In this document: positions 1 to 15,115 of the stretch, piece by piece
How positions within the stretch are numbered: position 1 is the stretch's first letter
How the letters are laid out: each line of letters opens with the position of its first letter
DNA from: Octopus vulgaris
Lineage: Eukaryota
Direction: 5' to 3'
DNA length: 64,000 bases
NCBI GenBank assembly: GCA_951406725.2
Contig: OX597819.1
Span: 14,322,001 to 14,386,000 of the forward strand
Program-made: the position numbers and the translations under genes
The notes under the pieces: model-generated
Database searches by the model: none
Told to the model about the DNA's origin: nothing
The model's input: only the letters and a program-made list of their open reading frames with translations

Positions 1-151
1 ATAACGCGGTATCCCGTGTTCTAATACAACATCCACTTCTAAGTGGGGATAAATATTAACTGGAGAGCACGGTAGCAGTGGTGAAAAAGGCAGGGTTGGG
101 ACATAGCAGGGTGAAGGGCCTGGAATTGGAGTGTAATGTGGAGTGAGTGTA

Positions 152-387
152 TACCTATTTCTTTACTACCCACAAGGGGCTAAACACAGAGAGGACAAAC
201 AAGGAGAGACAAACGGATTAAGTCGATTACATCGACCCCAGTGCGTAACTAGTACTTAATTTATGGACCCCGAAAGGATGAAAGGCAAAGTCGACCACGG
301 CGGAATTTGAACTCAGAACGTAACGGCAGACGAAATACGGCTACGCAATTCGCCCGGCGTGCTAACGTTTCTGCCAACTCGCCGCCT
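152..387 (-). mobile_element. tRNA-derived SINE family A, full length, tail type 1
   Basis: Minus strand: GGCGGCGAGTTGGCAGAAACGTTAG (A box), GAGTTCAAATTCC (B box), central GCCTTTCATCCTTTCGGGGTC domain, tail TTTGTCCTCTCTGTGTTTAGCCCCTTGTGGG. More than 20 related copies lie in the window. Confidence 0.85.
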
Positions 388-552
388 GTCAATTGGTTGG
401 CCTATTTCAAGATGAATGCGACAGAGTGTGAGTCGGACAAGGAGTATGTGTGAGGGAGAAGGAAGGGTTCATTATCCTGTGGACAACCCAAGAGAGACTG
501 GAGGACTGCAATGTCGCCATTGAATGACGTATCGATATTATGGCAATGATTA

Positions 553-981
553 AAGCGGCAAACGGGCAGAGTCGTTAGCACGTTGAGCAGAATGCGTTGC
601 GGCGTTTTGTTCGCCTTTACAGTCTGAGTTCAAATTCCACCAAGGCCGACTTTGCCTTTCATCGCTTTGGGGTCGATAAAATAAGTACCAGCTGAGCACT
701 AGGGTCGATGTAATTGACCTACACCCCACGCCTACCGTAATTGCTGCCAAAATTTGAAACCATTAATAATAATAATTATTATTATTTCTTTACTACCCAC
801 AAGGGGCTAAACATAGAGGGGACAAACAAGGACAGACAAAGGGATTAAGTCGATTACATCGACCCCAGTGCGAAACTGGTACCTTATTTATCGACCCCGA
901 AAGGATGAAAGGCAAAGTCGACCTCGGCGGAATTTGAACTCAGAACGTAAAGACAGACGAAATACGGCTACGCATTTCGCC
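553..981. mobile_element. Two SINE A copies tail-to-tail (553-765 +, 785-981 -, 5' truncated)
   Basis: Same A/B box and central domain as 152-387. Confidence 0.75.
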
Positions 982-1630
<649 letters not shown>

Positions 1631-1649
1631 AGGAGTAAGAGTAAGCACG

Positions 1650-1804
1650 ATGTTGCCGTTGATGATGATGGTGATGATGATGATAGAAATGCTAACGACG
1701 ATGAAGATGATGATGATGATAATAATTAAGATGCTGCTATTGTTAGTGTTGTTGTTGATGATAGTACTGATGACGATGACGATGATGATGACGACGACGA
1801 CGAC

Positions 1805-1841
<37 letters not shown>

Positions 1842-1912
1842 CTGCTGCTGCTGATGATGATGATGATGACGATGACGATGACGATGATGATGATGATGAT
1901 GATGATGATGAC

Positions 1913-1946
<34 letters not shown>

Positions 1947-1954
1947 CTGATGAC

Positions 1955-2022
<68 letters not shown>

Positions 2023-2151
2023 CGATGATGATGACGATGATGATGATTGTGATGATGATTGTGATGATGATGGTGATGATGATGATGATGATGATGATGA
2101 TGACGATGATGATGACGATGATGATGATGATGATGATTGTGATGATGATGG

Positions 2152-2183
<32 letters not shown>

Positions 2184-2184
2184 C

Positions 2185-2216
<32 letters not shown>

Positions 2217-2220
2217 ATGA

Positions 2221-2261
<41 letters not shown>

Positions 2262-2270
2262 ATGCTGATG
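1650..2270. repeat. Compound (GAT)n/(GAC)/(GCT)n trinucleotide array
   Basis: Directly visible; it produces the poly-M/S/H pseudo-ORFs. Confidence 0.95.
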
Positions 2271-2480
2271 TGTCTCGCTCAAATTGCACCGACTTTATAA
2301 AAGCCTTGTTCCACCAATTAAGTGAGCCAAGGTTTATAATTTCAGGTGAAACTTAGTCTGGCGCCGGAAGTGATGCCGCCATTGTTACCCTTCTTTCCTC
2401 TTCGGTGTTTTCTCGTGTTTTTCTCGTTCACCTTTGTTGCTGATAGTATCATTATCATCATTCTCATTAATGTTGCTGCA

Positions 2481-2512
<32 letters not shown>

Positions 2513-2879
2513 GATTATTATTGTTTTTTTTTGTTTTTTTTTTTGATCTCCCTATTTTATCGATCTTCGTGTGAGGCGTTGTTCCAGTGCATTCAGATGT
2601 TTCCTAATATATTTGCACTTGCCGCACACGAACAAATTGATAATCTACGTCGCCTCCATAATAAAGAAAGAAATTTTTGAACTTGGCAGAATCGTTAAAG
2701 TCGGACAAAAAATATTGCGATTTTTGTTCAGTCTCTACGTTCTGAGTTCAAACCTACAGGAGTTAGCTTTTATTTTTATCCTTTCGGCGTCTATAAAATA
2801 AATTACTAGCGAAGTACTGAGGTTGATTTCATTGATTTAATCTTTTCCCCAAAATCTTTGGCTTTGAGCCAATGTAGGA

Positions 2880-2965
<86 letters not shown>

Positions 2966-3048
2966 CATGAACTTCCAACCTGTTGTCTCTTGAGGTCTCT
3001 GGGTGAGACTTGGAGCCAACTTGTACAAATATAAAGCAAAAGTCAAAC

Positions 3049-3114
<66 letters not shown>

Positions 3115-3130
3115 TAATAATAATAATAAT

Positions 3131-4308
<1,178 letters not shown>

Positions 4309-4423
4309 TTATTTTAATTTGTTAATTATTCAATCTCATTGACAGTTTTCTTTAAAAATAAGGATTCGTTTTTTTTTTTAATCAATAGTTTGGTGATCGA
4401 TGCATCAGTGAGATTCATCAAGG

Positions 4424-4586
4424 AGGCACAGGAGTGGCTGTGTGGTAAGTAGCTTGCTAACCAACCACATGGTTCCGGGTTCAGTCCCACTGCGTGGCAT
4501 CTTGGGCAAGTGTCTTCTGCTATAGCCCCGGGCCGACCAATGCCTTGTGAGTGGATTTGGTAGACGGAAACTGAAAGAAGCCTGTC

Positions 4587-4660
<74 letters not shown>

Positions 4661-4866
4661 TTGTGTGTCTGTGTTTGTCCCCCTAGCATTGCCTGACAAC
4701 CGATGCTGGTGTGTTTACGTCCCCGTCACTTAGCGGTTCGGCAAAAGAGACCGATAGAATAAGTACTGGGCTTACAAAGAATAAGTTCCGGGGTCGATTT
4801 GCTCGACTAAAGGCGGTGCTACAGCATGGCCGCAGTCAAATGACTGAAACAAGTAAAAGAGTAAAA
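4424..4866 (+). mobile_element. SINE family B (tRNA head, CORE-like box, internal microsatellite), full length
   Basis: TGGCTGTGTGG A box, GGTTCAGTCCC B-like box, CORE-like TCTTGGGCAAGTGTCTT, (TA)n(TG)n, tail GCATGGCCGCAGTCAAATGACTGAAACAAGTAAAAGA. Confidence 0.85.
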
Positions 4867-4974
4867 CATTTTCTTGACTCACACCTTTACTTACACCTTG
4901 AAACAGACTAAATTTTACATATTTGTTTGGTTAGTTTAAAGCAATCGTTAGTTTTTCTTTCCATATTTCTTTAT

Positions 4975-5174
4975 ATACTCTTTTACTTGTTTCAGTCATT
5001 TGACTGCAGCCATGCTGGAGCAACGCCTTTAGTCGAAGAAATCGATCCCAGGACTTATTTTTTTGTAAGCCTAGTACTTATTCTATCGGGCTCTCTTTTG
5101 TCGAACTGCTAAGTTACGGGGACGTAAACACACCAGCATCGGTTTCAGGCGATGTTGGGGGTGGGACAAACACA

Positions 5175-5207
<33 letters not shown>

Positions 5208-5352
5208 CAGGTTTCTTTCCGTCTACCAAATTCACTCACAAGAATTTTTGTCGGCCCGAGGCTATAGTAGAAGACACTCGCCCAAGGTGCCACGCAGCGG
5301 GACTGAACCCAGAACCATGTGGTTGGTAAGCAAGCTACTTACCACACAGCCA
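4975..5352 (-). mobile_element. SINE family B
   Basis: Reverse complement of the 4424-4866 family. Confidence 0.8.
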
Positions 5353-5496
5353 CGTGTCTTTATCTCTTGCATGTTGTTTTTGTTTTGTTTTCGGTGCAAT
5401 TTGTTTGAATACACATAAAATGTTGAGGGACATTGTTCTCAAATCTGATATTATCTACGATTATATTCATATAATTACAATAGAATGTAAACAATG

Positions 5497-5652
5497 TAGG
5501 AGTGGCTGTGTGGTAAGAAGGTTGCTTCCCAGCCACATGGTTCCTGGTTCAGTCCCACTGTGTGGCCACTTGGGCAAGCGTCTTCTGCTATAGCCTTGGG
5601 TCGACCAAAGTTGTGAGTGGATTTGGTAGACGGAAACTGAAAGAAGCCCGTC

Positions 5653-5689
<37 letters not shown>

Positions 5690-5896
5690 AATGTTTGTGT
5701 GTCTGTGTTTGTCCTCCCACCATCGCTTGACAACCGATGTTGGTGTGTTTACATCACCGAAACTTAGCGGTTCGGTAAAAGGGACCGATAGAATAAGTAC
5801 TTGGCTTACGAAGAATAAGTCCTGGGATCGATTTGTTCGACTAAAGGCGTTGCTCTAGCATGAACGCAGTCAAAATGTCCGACACAAGTAAAAGAA
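5497..5896 (+). mobile_element. SINE family B
   Basis: Same family sequence. Confidence 0.8.
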
Positions 5897-6155
5897 AATT
5901 CGACATTAAATGAGTCAGAGATCTAGATAATTCTTCAAATTTGTAATTTTTAATTCAGCAACAAAAAAAAAAGAAAAAACAAAAAAGAAAAACGCGCTTG
6001 ATTTTCCTTCCGACGAATATCGTCTGCACGTTGTAATTTCTTATTATGGAGAGGAGGATTAAAGCCTGGCCTCGGGCGATAGTGTTCAAATATTATACAA
6101 AACTGTTATTCAGAACCTCGAACTAAATATGCAACGAAGGCTATTCTTCTATAGG

Positions 6156-6534
6156 TGGAGGCGCAATGGCCCAGTGGTTAGGGCAGCGGACTCGCGGTCA
6201 TAGGATCGCGGTTTCGATTCCCAGACCGGGCGTTGTGAGTGTTTATTGAACGAAAACACCTAAAGCTCCACGAGGCTTCGGCAGGGGATGGTGGTGATCC
6301 CTGCTGTACTCTTTCGCCACAACTTTCTCTCACTCTTCCTGTTTCTGTTGTACCTGTATTTCAAAGGGCCGGCCTTGTCACTCTCTGTGTCACGCTGAAT
6401 ATCTCCGAGAACTACGTTATGGGTACACGTGTATGTGGAGTGCTCAGCCACTTACACGTTAATTTCACGAGCAGGCTGTTCCGTTGATTCGGATCAACCG
6501 GAACCCTCGTCGTCGTAACCGACGGAGTGCTTCC
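6156..6534 (+). mobile_element. SINE family C (tRNA-like head, anticodon loop resembles Arg TCG)
   Basis: TGGCCCAGTGG A box, GGTTTCGATTCCC B box. Near-identical copy at 18693-19077. Confidence 0.85.
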
Positions 6535-7099
6535 ATCCATCCATTCTTCTATAAGATACATCCATCACAACACTCACTTCCTTATCATCATGTCCGGATG
6601 TAGCAAAGACAGAGAAGGACTTGGCAAAAAAGAGTCCAAACTCCATCAAAGACATCATTAAGTTGGCCACCTGATGTTTAGTGTATCGTGATGTCGTCAA
6701 GCAAACCTGAAATTCAACTTCATCCGAAAGGATGAAAGGCAAAGTCGACCTCGGCGGAATTTGAACTCAGAACGTAACGACAGACGAATTTCGCCCGGCG
6801 TGCTAACGTTTCTACCAGCTCGCCGCCTTACAAGAATTTTTATATAGTTTACTTATTGTAGATATATAAAATTTAATATTTCTCAGTTTATAAAATTTAG
6901 ATTTTTATTTACTTTAAAGTTTTTGAAAAAATTTGATTATTATAAGCGTTTATAGTTTTTGAGTTTTTGGTTGTAAAATGCCATCGCCAGTAAAAGCCAT
7001 CAACTAGCAGGACAAATGCAGGCGCTTGGGGTGATAATGTTCTTAACTAATTGATTCTGGGAGAAGTTCAAGACAAGAAGAGATGGATGTTTAAAAATA

Positions 7100-7490
7100 T
7101 TCTTTTCTACTCTAGGCACAAAGGCCCGAAATTTTGGGGGAAGGGATAGTCGATTAGATCGACCCCATTGCGCAACTGGTACTTAATTTATCGACCCCGA
7201 AAGGATGAAAGGCAAAGTCGTCCTCAGCGGAATTTGAACGTAGCGACAAACGAAATACCGTTAAGTGTTTCGCCCGGTATCCTAACGACTGCCAGCTCGC
7301 CGCCTTACAAGACACAATATATTATTTTCTACTCTAGGCACAAGGCTCGATATTGTGGGGGAGGGTGCCAGTTGATTAGGTCGATCCCACTACGCAACTG
7401 GTACTTAATTTATCGACCCCGAAAGGATGAAAGGCAAAGTCGCTAAGCATTTCGCCCGGCGTGCTAACGTTTCTGCCAACTCACTGCCTT
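7100..7490 (-). mobile_element. Two SINE A copies with tail type 2
   Basis: Family A core with a tail like ...GCCTTGTGCCTAGAGTAGA. Confidence 0.75.
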
Positions 7491-8295
7491 GGAAGATTAA
7501 AAATATTACAACTGAAGTTGGAATTTCAATGTAAGCAATTTACGTTTTGTATAGATTCAGATTGAGAAAAGTTGGGGAAAGAATAAAGAGAAAACACGCG
7601 TACCCTTAGCAAGCATGCTGATAATGTCGCTAAATTTAAGAGCCATTTTTGTTCCCATTGTGTTCACGTCTAATTGAAAATATACCTAATGGTTTAAGTT
7701 GATTTTGAGGAAGAATTTTCTGCACCTGGAGTAGGAGTGTTTGTTGATCAGCCTTTATGGAAGACATGGTCGTTGAGAGATGGGTATTTCTGGGTTTCAA
7801 GAACTAAAAAGTGTTTTTAGTCTGAAATAGATGAATTTTCCTTTTTCAGTTAGGAAAGTTTGACTTCACAAATCCTTCAACCTCTCTTTTTAATTCTGAG
7901 TTGACGAGTGCATCCTAGTTACTCTTCCGCTAGAAAAGTTCATATATTTCTTCATCTAAATATCATCTCAACTATAACTGGAAAAACCTGAGAGAAGGGT
8001 AGCGAAATATTTTTAAAGTTTAAAAGAAGCTGCCTCTCCATTGTAGGCAAACGCTTCAATCCTCTCCCCAAAATGCTCACCATTTATTTTAGAAACAGTA
8101 AAAAGAAATTTCCATACAGGGTTTTTCTCCATAAGGGAGTAGATTCTAAAGAGGAGATGGTGGTATATTTTTACATTTAAATGAAACTAAAAACACAGTT
8201 TTATTTTTTATTTCAGTCCCAACTTTCGCTCCAGTATTTTTGACCTTCCATTACTTCTTAACCCCTACTTTTCAGGGTTCAATTAATTAATAATG

Positions 8296-8931
8296 AATAT
8301 TATAATTCCTTCCAAGGCGACGGACTAGCAGAACCGTTAACAAACCAGGCAAAATGCTTAACGGTATTCCGTTTCTCTTTACATTCTAAGTTCAAATTCC
8401 GCCAAGGGGGTCGATAAAATAAGAACCAGCTGAGAACTGGGGGCGATGTAATCAACTTACCCATTTCCCTGAAATTGCTGGCCTTGTACCAAATCCTGAA
8501 ACCAATATTATCATTCCTTCCAAGGCGACAGACTGGCAGAATCGTTAAACCAGGCAAAACGCTTAACGGTATTCCGTTTCTTTTTACATTCTAAGTTCAA
8601 ATTCCGCCTAGGGGGTCGATAAAATAAGAACCAGCTGAGAACTGGGGTCGATGTAATCAACTTACCCGTTTCCCTGAAATTGCTGGCCTTGTACCAAATC
8701 CTGAAACCAATATTATAATTCCTTCCAAGGCGACGGACTGGCAGAGCCGTTAAACCAGGCAAAACGCTTAACGGCATTCCGTTTCTCTTTACATACTAAG
8801 TTCAAATTCCGCCTAGGGGGGTCGATAAAATAAGAACCAGCTGAGAACTGGGGTCGATGTAATCAACTTACCCGTTTCCCCGAAATTGCTGGCCTTGTGC
8901 CAAATCCTGAAACCAATCTTATCATTCCTTC
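8296..8931 (+). repeat. Three tandem ~206-bp units derived from an internally deleted SINE A
   Basis: TTCCTTCCAAGGCGAC recurs at 8306, 8514 and 8719, and partly at 8925. All units share the same deletion of the central domain. Confidence 0.9.
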
Positions 8932-9999
8932 TGTGTCCGCATTTCCCCACCCCCCAAGTTATGACATTGTTATTCTTCTGCCGAATTATGTCATCATCGA
9001 TGTTCTTCCTCCATGACTTTGTTGTTGTTGTTGTTATTCATTATGTCATTGTTGACGTCGTTTCCATTACATCATGCTTGCCCCCTGCCCTTTACGACGT
9101 TCATATCGCCGCCATATTCTCTATAGTTGCTGCTACCGCTGCTGCTGCTGCTACTGCTGTTCTAATTGTTACTCTTGTTGTCACTGCTTCTCAGCCGCTG
9201 CTGCTGCTGCTGCTGCGAATTCGGTTGATTCTTTTCTCGGTGTCGCCGTCGCCATTGTTGTTTTTGTTGTTGTTGTTGTTGCTTGTTGTTGTTGTTGTTG
9301 TTGTGGTTGCCCTGACATTCTTATTGTTGTTATTACTTTCTTATTGTTGTTATTACTTTCGCTGCTTTTAACAGAAGAGAACGTTTCGTGCCGCCCTTGC
9401 TGCTGTTGCTGCCGCCAGGGTCGTTGTGCTTTGTGTGTCATTGTTGATGTCCTATCGATTACCCTGTCGCCCCCCACCACAACTATCCTACCACCACCAC
9501 CACCACCACCACCACCACCACCACCCATTTCCTCTATCAATCACCTCCGCCCCATCCTCTCCGATTAACAAAGATAGCGATTTCATCTTGTGCGACGACG
9601 TGCCATTGGTGCATTTATGGGTCAATGTGTATGCGTGTGGTGTGTGTGTGTGCGTGTGTGTGTGTGTGTATATGTGAGGACTTCTATGTGTATGTGTGTG
9701 TGTATCAGTGTTAGTATGTGCATTTGTGCCAGTGTGGGCACGTGTCAATGTGTTTGCGTAAGTGCAATTGTGTATGTGTGTGTGTGTGAGTGTGAGTGTG
9801 TGTGTGTGTGTGAGTGTGTGTGTGTGAGTGTGTGTGTGTGTGAGCGCCCAGTCATGTGTGGAAATGTAAATGTTTAACGATGCAAAGTCGGTTGATTGGT
9901 ATTAAGGCACACACACACACGCGGCACAATACCACAACGGTATACATGTGTGTTTATGTATACATGTACACACACATGCGTACACAAAAACACACTCGC

Positions 10000-10051
<52 letters not shown>

Positions 10052-10316
10052 CAGGTTTCTTTCAGTTTCCGTCTACCAGATCCATGCACAAAGCTTCGGT
10101 CGGTCCGAGGCTATAGTATAAGACACTTGCCCAAGGCGTTACGCTGTGGGACTGAACTCAGAACTATGTGGTTGGTAAGTAAGCTACTTTCCACACAGCC
10201 ACTCCTGCACCTAAACCTAGTGGTTCGACAAAACAGACCGATATCTCCAGTACCAAGCTATAAAAAAATAAGTATTTGTATATGTATATGTATGTATGCG
10301 CCTATGTATATGTATG

Positions 10317-10352
<36 letters not shown>

Positions 10353-10456
10353 TGTATGTATGTATGTATGTATGTATGTACGCACGTATGTATGTATATA
10401 TGTATGTATGTGTCTATCTATCTATCTATGTATCTATCTATCTATTTATCTATCTT

Positions 10457-10527
<71 letters not shown>

Positions 10528-10688
10528 CTCTCTCTCTCTCTATATATATATGTGTGTGTGGGGGGGTGCGTGTGTGTTTATTTCTTACAGAAAAGATATG
10601 AACATACATACATTCATACATACATTCATACATACATTCATACATACATTCATACATACATACTTACATACATACAGACATATATACG

Positions 10689-10719
<31 letters not shown>

Positions 10720-10724
10720 GCCAG

Positions 10725-10893
10725 ATAGATCGCTAGCCACTAAACCTCCTCTATTTTTTCTCCTTGTTTATTTTTGTGTTCCTTTCTGTTGAAGAGCGTA
10801 GGCTCGAAACGTAAAAGACTTTCTCACTCCCCGAGCGTTCAACTAATACATCTTTTGTTGTTTACACACCCATCTTCATCTTTTGTTTTTTGT
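10725..10893 (+). mobile_element. Penelope-like pseudo-LTR remnant with hammerhead (10782-10817)
   Basis: CTTT CTGTTGA A GAGC-GTAG-GCTC GAAA CG TA AAAG. Homologous to 20590-20760; sits in a TA tract. Confidence 0.6.
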
Positions 10894-10915
10894 AGATAGA
10901 TACATATACATACAT

Positions 10916-10974
<59 letters not shown>

Positions 10975-11103
10975 TGCATGCATATATACATGCATACGAG
11001 TTACACCTGTCCCAAAAAGAACTACTCCATGTTCACTTGATGTTTCTGAATTCTATTTTGTATCTTATCTAAATTAACTATTTCTTAACCATCCTCTCAC
11101 ACC

Positions 11104-11151
11104 GTCTCTGATGAAGGGATATAATAAATATCCTGGAAACAGCTGTAAGAC
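11104..11151 (+). ncRNA. Type I hammerhead ribozyme motif, intact core
   Basis: GTCT CTGATGA A GGGATAT-AATAA-ATATCCT G GAAA C-AGCT-G TA AGAC, with palindromic helix III ACAGCTGT. Confidence 0.7.
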
Positions 11152-11193
11152 CCTCTATCTATAAATGGTCTAAAATTTACACAGCCTTGATCA

Positions 11194-11274
<81 letters not shown>

Positions 11275-11280
11275 TCACTA

Positions 11281-11367
11281 CCCACGGGCAAATGGCGTAG
11301 TGGTTAAGAGCGCAGGCTACTAACCCCAAGATTCCGAGTTCGATTTCAAGCAGTGACCTGAATAATG

Positions 11368-11445
<78 letters not shown>

Positions 11446-11592
11446 TCGAAAGTTATCTTAGGAATGACAATCCAGGTTCGAAATTTCCCCAAGACACCTG
11501 ATGAAGGCTGGAGGGTATATCAGCCGAAACGTTGTGTTAACAACAAACAAGATGAGGACAAATATCCAGCAAATGTAAATAATGTAAATAAT
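11281..11592 (+). mobile_element. tRNA-head + (AAT)n + hammerhead element (candidate ribozyme-bearing SINE)
   Basis: A box TGGCGTAGTGG, B box GAGTTCGATTTC, (AAT)n 11361-11442, hammerhead 11493-11538, tail AAATGTAAATAATGTAAATAAT. Confidence 0.75.
11493..11538 (+). ncRNA. Minimal type I hammerhead ribozyme motif, intact core
   Basis: GACAC CTGATGA A GGCTG-GAGGGTATAT-CAGCC GAAA CG TT GTGTT, with palindromic AACGTT in place of helix III. Confidence 0.75.
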
Positions 11593-11738
11593 GTTATTGC
11601 CGATTATATATACTTTTATCTCATTTCCTCTCTTCTATTTTTCTTTCCTTCATCTTTATAAATACCTGCACAACTGTAAATTGTCCTTGTAATGTCCCCA
11701 CCGCATCTGATGCCTCCCTGAAAAACAAATTATTATTA

Positions 11739-12503
<765 letters not shown>

Positions 12504-12521
12504 CATTATTATTATTATTAT

Positions 12522-13077
12522 TGAGTGAGAGAGCAGTGCATGTCATCAAAGTGACACTGGGGTAAAATATACGAAGCCCAGTATACCCATCATGACTACC
12601 CGTCTGATAAGGGTACACTAGGCACATGCATCACAACCATATGTGCGTGACATGGTGATCTCAAATCAAAATAAACAGCGCATGACCTTACAGGTGGGGC
12701 CCAGTTAGAATTTTCTTCTGGTCGAGTAGCCCATCCCGCTCAAAAGGTCCTTGAATAAGGATTGTTTAAGGATGTTGAATGAACCACCCATGTTTCCAAA
12801 GGTGAATTATCCAAACCTCTAGGAATCCCTCTCAACACACGGCTATGATGCTCCCCCACTACTTCTGCTCGTGATCAGAGATGCACATTTCGTCAGCCAC
12901 TAAGGGACATGGTCAACTGGTTAAGGTCAAACAACTGACAAGCAAATCTGTGGTATTGTGCAGAATATTTGCTGTAGCCCATGTTTTATACCAAGACAAA
13001 ACAATGTACATGATAACACTTCCAATCAGTTAAGATCAGAAGCCATGAGAGCCACTGCCTGGTACTGCATCAGGGCA

Positions 13078-13078
<1 letters not shown>
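12522..13078 (-). mobile_element. 555-bp (AAT)n-embedded non-coding element (family D)
   Basis: Same termini and sequence as 33066-33620 and 60251-60806; trinucleotide arrays on both sides. Confidence 0.85.
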
Positions 13079-13146
<68 letters not shown>

Positions 13147-13643
13147 CATTATTATTATTATTGTTGTTGTTGTTGTTGTTGTTGTTATCATTATCGTTAT
13201 CATTATCATAAGAGATCTTGTTTTGTTTGTTTTACTTCTGCTATCTACTGTAAATGCCTCATGATACAAGAATTTAAGACATAGTGTAGTGAAATATTAT
13301 GTGAGTGAGAGAGTGAGTGAATGGTGTGAGTGAGTGAGTGAGAGAGTGAGTGAATGTGTGAGTGAGTGCAACGCTGACTGCCAGGAACCAGTCGCTCTGT
13401 TATTAGACACTTAAATCCATTGAGTTTGCAAAATGTACGTCTGTCTCATCCTACTCCCACCTCATTCTCTCTTTCCTTCTCTCTCTCCTCCTTCTCTCTC
13501 TGCCTCTGCCTCTCCTCCTCCTCTCTCTCTTGCATATACATTTTTTTCTCCCTTTCGTTCAGCCTGTTGTTTTTGTCCCCCAACTTCTCATATGTGTCTT
13601 CAAATGATTGTCTGCATATTTTACCTACTCCTCGTAAACAATG

Positions 13644-13689
<46 letters not shown>

Positions 13690-13857
13690 ACGCACACGCA
13701 CACAGACGTGCACACACAACCGTGCCTGTGCATGCACATACGCAACAAACGCACACACACACACTCACAAAGATATATAGGCATCGTACGCTTCCATATT
13801 CTCTTTACATATACACACACACACACACACACATACACATATCCATTGATCTATATG

Positions 13858-15064
13858 TTTTTTTATTGGTCACTCAGGGCTGAACACAGAGGGGACAAAA
13901 TACAAAGTAGAGCTTTTCTTTTTGAGAGGAAAAGGAAAAAAAAAGTGGGTCGAATTTCGTTCAAAAGGGATCGTTGAAAAAATATATAACGTTCGATAGG
14001 GATCGTGTATCACAGAAATGGCAATGTAAAATGGGAAAACAGATTAGGTTTATCCGTGGAAAGAAAAGCCTACGGAAAAGACCACGGTAACCTTGGGCAA
14101 TACTGTCGTGCAAAAAAACACTTTACAGTAAGTTACTCTCTTTTTTCCTTGCTTCTTTTGGTTCATAGGATTATACTGAAGCTGGCTCCGTCATTCACAC
14201 GTGCCATCCTTGCTACATTCACGCATCTTTTTTGCAACTTCCTTCTCTACTCTCACCTTCCTCTTCAAGTGATACTTGAAGAAGTTGATGAAAGATTGAC
14301 CAGAGAGGAAAGTGTTTGTCTCTAGACCTTTCAGAGGCGTCCACCATGCACATTCTTTCGCCATAGCCACACGTACGATGAAAATGGTTCTTCCTTCCCG
14401 TTTCAATGAAGGAGGCGCGACAATATTCACGATAGACTCGGTTGATAAACCGACTCGTCCCACACGCGATAGCAGTCATTCGACAAAGGCCCACAGGCCG
14501 GAAATGGTTGGACACTGTACAAGTGCGTGTAGAAAGGTTTCGCCGCTCTGACCACATCTGACCGTGTTTCTCGAGCCATGCCTGTAGAGCTTATCCTGAA
14601 CGTGTAGCACTTCTCGATAGCACTGCCAGGCCAGAGATCTCTGGAAGTTGTCCATAGGTCCCGGCCCGAAAGTCGTCTTGAACAGGCGGGTCAGGTATTC
14701 CTCATCGACGCCCAGGTTTGTCCCGATATCGTCGTCGTACCTCCCCTCCACTAATCCCCTATATAATGTTTTATGGAAATGGGCTGCGAGAAAGCGAGCC
14801 TCACAAACGGCGACCACACCTGTTCACCGTCGTCTACGTAGAGCCGGAGATGTCGCAGTCTCAGCATGTATCTGCGCATCATCAAGCACGGCATGCCCAG
14901 CCCTCCTTTTAACGGGTGTTGGTAGCAAATTATCGCCTGACCATCGGAACGCATCCTTTCCACAAGAAACGGAAGAGGATGCGTTCTAGTTTGGTGGTGG
15001 TAGGGTCGGGACAAGGCACGACGGTTAGGCGGTAGTAGATGACGGAAGCGATGTACGTGTTCGC
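13858..15064 (-). mobile_element. 5'-truncated L1/Tx1-clade LINE (ORF2 C-terminus plus 3' UTR), frameshifted
   Basis: ANTYIASVIYYRL...FRFLWKG...GGLGMP...RCGQSGETFLHALVQC (zf-RVT-like CCHC)...KYHLKRKVRVE. AATAAA near the 3' end; 5' junction lies in (GATA)n. Confidence 0.85.

Positions 15065-15115
<51 letters not shown>

Noticed and set aside
1-545. Possible decayed CR1-type LINE 3' end split by a SINE
   Set aside because: Only a vague peptide resemblance; cannot be supported without a search.
11286-11360. Possible tRNA genes (this and the SINE heads)
   Set aside because: The acceptor and T stems do not close properly and each continues into a repeat body, so they are treated as SINE heads.
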